Positions 48,494-58,614 of a stretch of 64,000 nucleotides of DNA are shown here, one piece after another. The translations under genes and the position numbers were made by a program. The notes beneath the pieces are model-generated. The model saw only the letters and a list, made by a program, of their open reading frames with translations. It had not been told where the DNA came from and ran no database searches. The stretch is from Flectonema sp. DT1601 (taxonomy: Eukaryota): assembly GCA_964019425.1 (NCBI GenBank), contig OZ025787.1:310001-374000 (forward strand), given 5' to 3'. Numbering within the stretch: the first letter of the stretch is position 1; the number at the start of each line of letters is the position of its first letter.

Positions 48494-50051
48494 CTATATT
48501 CTTTCCAACAGGTTGTTAAGAGATTCAAACATAGATGACTTGCCGAAATGCTTCGCCTCAGTCTTGTCTAAAATATCAGGAAGACCCAATGCGAAAAGTC
48601 TTGACCTATCTAATTCACCAGGAACATCCAAACAGTTCGTCTTTTCAAGTGCGTGAAAGATTCCTTCCATGCAAACTGACGCTACTTTTTCTTGTGTTGA
48701 TACGTCCAATGAGTGGACCATCGCTTCTAAAGCGCCACCCTTAATAATATGAACACTTTGAGAAAGTGATGAACCTGTCAACCCGTTAGCTAAACACCAC
48801 AATGATTCTCTTCTAATTTCTTCATTCGGAGCATTACCTCCAGCTAACTGTACCAGTGGACTAATCAAGTCCATGTTGATTATTTGTTGTATTTGTGCTT
48901 CTGTTCCAGCCAATACATTACTGTTTGGGATTATATTGTTATAAAACTTGTTGACGGAACATGCAATTCCGAGGCAACATAAAAATAGTGACAAACCTGA
49001 GACCCCAAACACACTCTTTCATGATATTGGGTGTTACGTTTGTGCTTAGCAGGTTCTTCATGTGGGCGATCCAATCACGGTCGAGAATCTGTTGTTGTTG
49101 TTGTTGTTGTTGTTGTTTTGTAACTATTGACTTAACTGTATCGTTAGATATAATCCCTCTGTGTACGATAAATGTAAAAACACATACATGTTGTGTCTGT
49201 GCATCTGTACCCGTGGCTATGTTACCACACACACGTAGAGCTGGAACTATTATTTTATTATTCCCAGTATCCCTAAGAAAACAAACTGGGTCTGGGCAGA
49301 TTTGCAATGACACAGCGATTGCTTCATTAGTTCCCTGTGAGAGGTATCCTAAACTCCAAAGTCCGTCAACACGCACCTCAATATCATTATGATTTACTGC
49401 AGAGTGGACGATCGGAAACAGGTCCTTGACTTTTTCCAAAGGTGGAGCAGGTTTACCTCTCAAAAGATTTGATGAGGTCCAAGAGAGGTTTCTTAGAAAT
49501 TCTAAATTATTCTCCGGATTTCCAGCAACACTAGCAAGAATCGCCGGCGCAGAGTTGTTGATACAAAAATCTCTTGTTTTCACACAATCACCTGCAATGT
49601 TACCAAGTGCCCAAAGTGCCTGACTTCTGATGTTCTGAAGCTTATGTTGCACTAGGTTTAATATATAAGGCATAGCCCCTTCTTCTATTACAACTTTAAC
49701 ATGATTTGAATCACCAGATAAGATATTAGTCAAAGCCCACAGAGATTCGAATTGAAGATCACTCTCACCTTCCATGTTCATGAATCTGAGTAGCTTAGGA
49801 ACCGTTCCTGCTTTAACTGCTTCGGAAATAGGAGGAGCTGCCTCTCTTGATAATAACTTCCTAACTCCAAGAACAGCAGATAAAACTGTCTTTCTATCAT
49901 CTGAATCCATGTGCTTTGAGTATTCTGTCATTGACATTGGTGTCTCATCTACTTGCATGTTATTCATTTGGTTAACAAGATGATCTGGAACCACATCACC
50001 GCCAACGTTTATACTTCTCATTTGATTTGCCAGATCATTACCACAGTCCAT
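48494..50051 (-). CDS. KPNA: Importin-alpha (ARM repeats), 3 exons, no recognisable IBB domain, about 460 aa
   Basis: RKLLSREAAPPI, LQFESLWALTNI, QALWALGNIAGD, PALRVCGNIATGTDAQTQ. Introns 49187-49089 and 48996-48921 restore KECVWGLSNVLAG. Confidence 0.88.
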
Positions 50052-50120
50052 TATTTCGTGTTTCAAAGAACTGCAAAAACAATTAATCTTATCACCAAAA
50101 AAAACGAAGCACAACCACCA

Positions 50121-50220
50121 ACCATTCAACTTGGTATTCAGGTTCCCGAATTCACCTATGAGAGGGAAATGAAATAGAGTAAACCAACAGCAATACCATT
50201 CGTTAAAACAATAAAAAGTA
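50121..50220. repeat. ~100-bp direct repeat, also at 51159-51258 and in the later higher-order units (~58854, ~62683)
   Basis: ACCATTCAACTTGGTATTCAGGTTCCCGAATTCACCT...AAAACAATAAAAGTA is near-identical at both sites. Confidence 0.9.
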
Positions 50221-50287
50221 AACTAAGAAGCTTCAGAAGGTTCAGAAGGTTCAGATGGTTAAGAGTAAAAGTGTGTATCATTAATTT

Positions 50288-50919
50288 CAGCATGACCGCT
50301 CCCCGCAGAAGCTGGATTTCTACCGACTAACAGCCGGTGTAGCACTCTGACAAGAAAGCTAAAAAGGCCAAATGCTCCCGAGGCACATCGATGCCTTTGC
50401 AAATTCACAAAAAAAAAAAAAAAAAGAAAGGGGAATAACGAACCTCCGCTTCACGTTTCTCGGTTCCCTCGTTGGAAGTGCTTTTCAACGACACAACCGG
50501 GCTGGAAGCGAGGGCTGTTTTGGAGTCCGCAATCTGAAAGTTAACTTGGTTGAGATTGATGTTGAAATCGATGTTGAACCGAAACTTGAGTTTCAAACTC
50601 CCATCTGTCCCTCAAATCCTTGAACAGATACCATACAACTCGGATTCGGTCTTGGCGTCGACAATTCAACCGAAAATCGACGAATTACCAATGGTGTGTT
50701 GTTCGATCTCGTTCGTGGCGTTGGCATGATCCTGTTTTGAGTTGAATTTGTTGGTAACTTGTTTTTTTTCAAAAAAATAATGAAGCTGCTTACAAAATAA
50801 GATAATAAATGAAATAAGAAACATACTTCATATTTTACCACGAAAGTGGCATTTTCTTCTCCTTTGACGCATACCAACAAAATGCTGAGCATTGCTGCAG
50901 CAACGAAAAAGATGTTCAT
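50288..50919 (-). pseudogene. Divergent, stop-containing copy of the signal-peptide glycoprotein gene found in the array
   Basis: Same exon 1 (MNIFF...KYE) and intron (50826-50732) as the copies at 58614 and 62443. Exon 2 has two in-frame TGA (one replacing TGG of the other copies) and an unrelated central segment. Homology to the other copies stops at ~50288. Confidence 0.6.
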
Positions 50920-53900
50920 GTTTTTTTTAACTTTATAATAAAGCTGCAGGGAGAAACGAACATAAGGGATGGTCCTCAAATGAACAAACAAAAGAAACAA
51001 TTAAACACCAAAAGGAACAAAACTGAAAACACGTTTTATTCCTCAAACATGCTTCATTCATCTAAATACCAACAAGTTCAAAAAGTCCAACCGCACGAAG
51101 ATAAAAAATACCAACCGATCGGTATCTCCGTCATCCTTTTTCACCACCACCACCGCCGACCATTCAACTTGGTATTCAGGTTCCCGAATTCACCTGTGAG
51201 AGGGAAATGAAATAGAGTAAACCAACAGCAATACCATTCGTTAAAACAATAAAAGTATTAATGATGTTAATAATAATAATAATAATAATATTTGAAGATC
51301 CGATATCCAGATCTAACAAGATGTAAATAATAATAATAATAATAATAATAAACCTAAACTTGAACAACTGTTACATCTCACTATCAAATGCAACATACAA
51401 TAAAAAATAGGGATTCGTGTGACGTAATCCCCCGAATACCTTTACCGATAACAAAAAAATGATATCGGATATACGTGCGCAGATGAAAACGACTGTTTGC
51501 GAGTGTTGTAATAACTAGAACAACAACATCGTTTACACAATACGTAGCGACAACAAAGGGGCAGAAACTGCAACTTCAAAATAACTAAAACAACCAATAC
51601 AAGGGGGTTACAATTAAGGGAAAGGGAATACAGTATAAGTATGTGGACTTGTGTAGATGAGACGTGTCAATCAGGCAACCCAATTGACAAATAATACCAA
51701 AAGATACTGGGAAGTACAGAATACAAACTGTAACTTTCCACGACAAGCATTTGCAGGCAAAGAAGCAAAAATTGGTTTTGATGAAAAGCGTAATTGAGAA
51801 ATGTGAAGCTACAACGGCACAATGAGAAGTGACCCAACACACAATCTCTGATACGAGGATTCGGAAAGTTACCAAACGAAGACGACAAAAAAGAAAGAAC
51901 TTAAAAACATCGTCTTCAACTTTGACTACATTGTGAAATCCGTTAGTTTGTTAAATAAAAACTGTGTTTCTAACTCAAAACTGAAAAGGAGCTCTGAAGC
52001 TCCCTTAGCTTTAATAAAGAGTACAAAAAAACAAACAATACTAGGGGGTTACAATTAAGGGAAAGGGAATACAGTGTAAGTATGTGGACTTGTGTAGATG
52101 AGACGTGTCAATCAGGCAACCCAATTGACAAATAATACCAAAAGATACTGGGAAGTACAGATTACAAACTGTAACTTTCCACGACAAGCATTTGCAGGCA
52201 AAGAAGCAAAAATTGGTTTTGATGAAAAGCGTAATTGAGAAATGTGAAGACGACAAAAAAGAAAGAACTTAAAAGCATCGTCTTCAACTTTGACTAGTTT
52301 AGTTTAGTTTAGTTCTACATTGTGAAAACCGTTAGTTTGTTAAATAAAAACTGTGTTTCTAACTCAAAACTGGAAAGGAGCTCTGAAGCTCCCTTAGCTT
52401 TAATAAAGAGTACAAAAAAACAAACAATACTAGGGGGTTACAATTAAGGGAAAGGGAATACAGTGTAAGTATGTGGACTTGTGTAGATGAGACGTGTCAA
52501 TCAGGCAACCCAATTGACAAATAATACCAAAAGATACTGGGAAGTACAGAATACAAACTGTAACTTTCCACGACAAGCATTTGCAGGCAAAGAAGCAAAA
52601 ATTGGTTTTGATGAAAAGCGTAATTGAGAAATGTGAAGCTACAACGGCACAATGAGAAGTGACCCAACACACAATCTCTGATACGAGGATTCGGAAAGTT
52701 ACCAAACGAAGACGACAAAAAAGAAAGAACTTAAAAACATCGTCTTCAACTTTGACTACATTGTGAAATCCGTTAGTTTGTTAAATAAAAACTGTGTTTC
52801 TAACTCAAAACTGAAAAGGAGCTCTGAAGCTCCCTTAGCTTTAATAAAGAGTACAAAAAAACAAACAATACTAGGGGGTTACAATTAAGGGAAAGGGAAT
52901 ACAGTGTAAGTATGTGGACTTGTGTAGATGAGACGTGTCAATCAGGCAACCCAATTGACAAATAATACCAAAAGATACTGGGAAGTACAGATTACAAACT
53001 GTAACTTTCCACGACAAGCATTTGCAGGCAAAGAAGCAAAAATTGGTTTTGATGAAAAGCGTAATTGAGAAATGTGAAGACGACAAAAAAGAAAGAACTT
53101 AAAAGCATCGTCTTCAACTTTGACTAGTTTAGTTTAGTTTAGTTCTACATTGTGAAAACCGTTAGTTTGTTAAATAAAAACTGTGTTTCTAACTCAAAAC
53201 TGGAAAGGAGCTCTGAAGCTCCCTTAGCTTTAATAAAGAGTACAAAAAAACAAACAATACTAGGGGGTTACAATTAAGGGAAAGGGAATACAGTGTAAGT
53301 ATGTGGACTTGTGTAGATGAGACGTGTCAATCAGGCAACCCAATTGACAAATAATACCAAAAGATACTGGGAAGTACAGATTACAAACTGTAACTTTCCA
53401 CGACAAGCATTTGCAGGCAAAGAAGCAAAAATTGGTTTTGATGAAAAGCGTAATTGAGAAATGTGAAGACGACAAAAAAGAAAGAACTTAAAAGCATCGT
53501 CTTCAACTTTGACTAGTTTAGTTTAGTTTAGTTCTACATTGTGAAAACCGTTAGTTTGTTAAATAAAAACTGTGTTTCTAACTCAAAACTGAAAAGGAGC
53601 TCTGAAACTCCCTTAGCTTTAATAAAGAGTACAAAAAAACAAACAATACTAGGGGGTTACAATTAAGGGAAAGGGAATACAGTGTAAGTATGTGGACTTG
53701 TGTAGATGAGACGTGTCAATCAGGCAACCCAATTGACAAATAATACCAAAAGATACTGGGAAGTACAGATTACAAACTGTAACTTTCCACGACAAGCATT
53801 TGCAGGCAAAGAAGCAAAAATTGGTTTTGATGAAAAGCGTAATTGAGAAATGTGAAGACGACAAAAAAGAAAGAACTTAAAAGCATCGTCTTCAACTTTG

Positions 53901-56900
53901 ACTAGTTTAGTTTAGTTTAGTTCTACATTGTGAAAACCGTTAGTTTGTTATATAAAAACTGTGTTTCTAACTCAAAACTGGAAAGGAGCTCTGAAGCTCC
54001 CTTAGCTTTAATAAAGAGTACAAAAAAACAAACAATACTGAGGGGTTACAATTAAGGGAAAGGGAATACAGTGTAAGTATGTGGACTTGTGTAGATGAGA
54101 CGTGTCAATCAGGCAACCCAATTGACAAATAATACCGATGCCGAAAACACATTGGCACATGACGTGTGTGAATAGGATGAGAAGATCAGTGTGCCAATCA
54201 GTTAATCAACCCGATTGATAAATAATTAATAATATTGAGATACGAGATTAAATATAGCTGCTGCTACTGAAGGACAGGAAGCGAGTGATGTACCAGCTGG
54301 TTATGCAAATAAAAGAAGAGACGAAAATGAAGCTGCACGCTTGAAGAGATACAAGCAAGCGTTTGTGTTAAATAAAAATCACATCCAATGAGAAGTGACC
54401 CAACAGACAATCTCTGATACGAGGATTCGGAAAGTTACCAAACGAAGACGACAAAAAAGAATCGGCAAACTTCACTTTTTACTTACTCACTCACACTTTT
54501 ATTTTGTTTGTGCGCAAACAGTAGAAAATCCTAATAAAGGAATAGGTAGTTACGCTGCCACAATTCTCTTTCTACCGAACAATGGGTTTGCAGGTACAAA
54601 AAAGAAAGAACTTAAAAACATCGTCTTCAAATTTGACTACATTGTGAAATCCGTTAGTATGTTATATAAAAACTGTGTTTCTAACTCAAAACTGAAAAGG
54701 AGCTCTGAAACTCCCTTAGCTTTAATAAAGAGTACAAAAAAACAAACAATACAAGGGGGTTACAATTAAGGGAAAGGGAATACAGTATAAGTATGTGGAC
54801 TTGTGTAGATGAGACGTGTCAATCAGGCAACCCAATTGACAAATAATACCAAAAGATACTGGGAAGTACAGAATACAAACTGTAACTTTCCACGACAAGC
54901 ATTTGCAGGCAAAGAAGCAAAAATTGGTTTTGATGAAAAGCGTAATTGAGAAATGTGAAGCTACAACGGCACAATGAGAAGTGACCCAACACACAATCTC
55001 TGATACGAGGATTCGGAAAGTTACCAAACGAAGACGACAAAAAAGAAAGAACTTAAAAACATCGTCTTCAACTTTGACTACATTGTGAAATCCGTTAGTT
55101 TGTTAAATAAAAACTGTGTTTCTAACTCAAAACTGAAAAGGAGCTCTGAAGCTCCCTTAGCTTTAATAAAGAGTACAAAAAAACAAACAATACTAGGGGG
55201 TTACAATTAAGGGAAAGGGAATACAGTGTAAGTATGTGGACTTGTGTAGATGAGACGTGTCAATCAGGCAACCCAATTGACAAATAATACCAAAAGATAC
55301 TGGGAAGTACAGATTACAAACTGTAACTTTCCACGACAAGCATTTGCAGGCAAAGAAGCAAAAATTGGTTTTGATGAAAAGCGTAATTGAGAAATGTGAA
55401 GACGACAAAAAAGAAAGAACTTAAAAGCATCGTCTTCAACTTTGACTAGTTTAGTTTAGTTTAGTTCTACATTGTGAAAACCGTTAGTTTGTTAAATAAA
55501 AACTGTGTTTCTAACTCAAAACTGGAAAGGAGCTCTGAAGCTCCCTTAGCTTTAATAAAGAGTACAAAAAAACAAACAATACTGAGGGGTTACAATTAAG
55601 GGAAAGGGAATACAGTGTAAGTATGTGGACTTGTGTAGATGAGACGTGTCAATCAGGCAACCCAATTGACAAATAATACCGATGCCGAAAACACATTGGC
55701 ACATGACGTGTGTGAATAGGATGAGAAGATCAGTGTGCCAATCAGTTAATCAACCCGATTGATAAATAATTAATAATATTGAGATACGAGATTAAATATA
55801 GCTGCTGCTACTGAAGGACAGGAAGCGAGTGATGTACCAGCTGGTTATGCAAATAAAAGAAGAGACGAAAATGAAGCTGCACGCTTGAAGAGATACAAGC
55901 AAGCGTTTGTGTTAAATAAAAATCACATCCAATGAGAAGTGACCCAACAGACAATCTCTGATACGAGGATTCGGAAAGTTACCAAACGAAGACGACAAAA
56001 AAGAATCGGCAAACTTCACTTTTTACTTACTCACTCACACTTTTATTTTGTTTGTGCGCAAACAGTAGAAAATCCTAATAAAGGAATAGGTAGTTACGCT
56101 GCCACAATTCTCTTTCTACCGAACAATGGGTTTGCAGGTACAAAAAAGAAAGAACTTAAAAACATCGTCTTCAAATTTGACTACATTGTGAAATCCGTTA
56201 GTATGTTATATAAAAACTGTGTTTCTAACTCAAAACTGAAAAGGAGCTCTGAAACTCCCTTAGCTTTAATAAAGAGTACAAAAAAACAAACAATACAAGG
56301 GGGTTACAATTAAGGGAAAGGGAATACAGTATAAGTATGTGGACTTGTGTAGATGAGACGTGTCAATCAGGCAACCCAATTGACAAATAATACCAAAAGA
56401 TACTGGGAAGTACAGAATACAAACTGTAACTTTCCACGACAAGCATTTGCAGGCAAAGAAGCAAAAGTTGGTTTTGATGAAAAGCGTAATTGAGAAATGT
56501 GAAGACGACAAAAAAGAAAGAACTTAAAAGCATCGTCTTCAACTTTGACTAGTTTAGTTTAGTTTAGTTCTACATTGTGAAAACCGTTAGTTTGTTATAT
56601 AAAAACTGTGTTTCTAACTCAAAACTGAAAAGGAGCTCTGAAACTCCCTTAGCTTTAATAAAGAGTACAAAAAAACAAACAATACTAGGGGGTTACAATT
56701 AAGGGAAAGGGAATACAGTGTAAGTATGTGGACTTGTGTAGATGAGACGTGTCAATCAGGCAACCCAATTGACAAATAATACCAAAAGATACTGGGAAGT
56801 ACAGATTACAAACTGTAACTTACCACGACAAGCATTTGCAGGCAAAGAAGCAAAAATTGGTTTTGATGAAAAGCATAATTGAGAAATGTGAAGACGACAG

Positions 56901-57289
56901 AAAAGAAAGAACTTAAAAGCATCGTCTTCAACTTTGACTAGTTTAGTTTAGTTTAGTTCTACATTGTGAAAACCGTTAGTTTGTTAAATAAAAACTGTGT
57001 TTCTAACTCAAAACTGATAAGGAGCTCTGAAGCTCCCTTAGCTTTAATAAAGAGTACAAAAAAACAAACAATACTAGGGGGTTACAATTAAGGGAAAGGG
57101 AATACAGTGTAAGTATGTGGACGTGTGTAGATGAGACGTGTCAATCAGGCAACCCAATTGACAAATAATACCAAAAGATACTGGGAAGTACAGAATACAA
57201 ACTGTAACTTTCCACGACAAGCATTTGCAGGCAAAGAAGCAAAAATTGGTTTTGATGAAAAGCGTAATTGAGAAATGTGAAGACGACAA

Positions 57290-57870
57290 AAAAGAAAGAA
57301 CTTAAAAGCATCGTCTTCAACTTTGACTACATTGTGAAAACCGTTAGTTTGTTAAATAAAAACTGTGTTTCTAACTCAAAACTGGAAAGGAGCTCTGAAG
57401 CTCCCTTAGCTTTAATAAAGAGTACAAAAAAACAAACAATACTAGGGGGTTACAATTAAGGGAAAGGGAATACAGTGTAAGTATGTGGACTTGTGTAGAT
57501 GAGACGTGTCAATCAGGCAACCCAATTGACAAATAATACCGATGCCGAAAACACATTGGCACATGACGTGTGTGAATAGGATGAGATGATCAGTGTGCCA
57601 ATCAGTTAATCAACCCGATTGATAAATAATTAATAATATTGAGATACGAGATTAAATATAGCTGCTGCTACTGAAGGACAGGAAGCGAGTGATGTACCAG
57701 CTGGTTACGCAAATAAAAGAAGAGAGGAAAATGAAGCTGCACGCTTGAAGAGATACAAGCAAGCGTTTGTGTTAAATAAAAATCACATCTACGGTCATCC
57801 TTTTATCAAAAGAGCTGATAAAGTTCGAAACAGATTATCGAAACATTATAGAAAAATACAATCCAGCCGT
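57290..57870 (+). mobile_element. Decayed coding fragment resembling the N-terminus of a BED-finger/hAT-type transposase (source of array modules)
   Basis: Removing GTTAGT...CTAG (57343-57445) gives KKKELKSIVFNFDYIVKT|GVTIKGKGIQCKYVDLC. Then frameshifted LTNNTDA/RKHIG, LNIAAATEGQEASDVPAGYANKRREENEAARLKRYKQ and LLSKELIKFETDYRNIIEKYNPA. Contains stops and frameshifts; no DDE core or TIRs seen. Confidence 0.3.
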
Positions 57871-58614
57871 ACGTCTCTTCATACTTGCCAAAAAAGAAAA
57901 AAACAATTTTCTCAAACAACGACCTGCCGAGAGACTGACCGACGCTGGAACACAGTTGAAACATGAAACCCGAAGGCGACAATGAACACCCTTCACAAGC
58001 AGATACCAATGCGGAGAGCACTGCATCCACTGACTCAGAAACCACAGTTTCAATTACGGTTCTGGTTGTCTCTTCCAAATCAGCATGACCGCTCCCCGCA
58101 GAAGCTGGATTTCCACCGACTAACAGCCGGTGTAGCACTCTCACAAGAAAGCCAAAAAGGCCAAATTCCCCCGCGAGGCACACCGATGCCTTTGCAAATT
58201 CACAAAAAAAAAGAAGGGTGGAAAACAAACCACCGCCTTCCATTCTCCCCGATGCCTCGTCGGAAGTGTCGTTCAACCACAATACCTCGAAGGATACAAT
58301 GCCGAGCATGTTGCGTCGCTCAGCATCGTCCACGGCCTTCGAGAGTATGTGTGTTTCACTCTCGACACTCCAACCGAAAATCGACGAATTACCATGTTCG
58401 ATCTCGTTCGTGGCGTTGGCATGATCCTGTTTTGATTTGAATTTGTTGGTAACTTGTTTTTTTTCAAAAAAATAATGAAGCTGCTTCCAAAATAAAATAA
58501 TAAATGAAATAAGAAACATACTTCATATTTTACCACGAAAGTGGCATTTTCTTCTCCTTTGACGCATACCAACAAAATGCTGAGCATCGCTGCAGCAACG
58601 AAAAAGATGTTCAT
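57806..58614 (-). CDS. Putative secreted/surface glycoprotein (signal peptide, several N-X-S/T sites); 3' end uncertain
   Basis: TTTCTCCCTGCAG acceptor about 25 nt before the ATG; exon 1 MNIFFVAAAMLSILLVCVKGEENATFVVKYE; phase-0 intron GTATGT...AAACAG 58521-58427; exon 2 DHANATNEIEHGNSSIFGW... open to 57806. A further intron near the poly-T at ~58205 is possible. Confidence 0.55.

Noticed and set aside
50600..50670. TGA reassignment to Trp suggested by two in-frame TGA in the first glycoprotein copy
   Set aside because: TGA ends other genes here (12547, 23222, 25337, 29033) and long ORFs use TGG; pseudogenisation is simpler.
57982..58440. Plus-strand 152-aa ORF (and its copy 61811-62269)
   Set aside because: Antisense to the spliced signal-peptide gene, no motifs, and not preserved in the divergent first copy.
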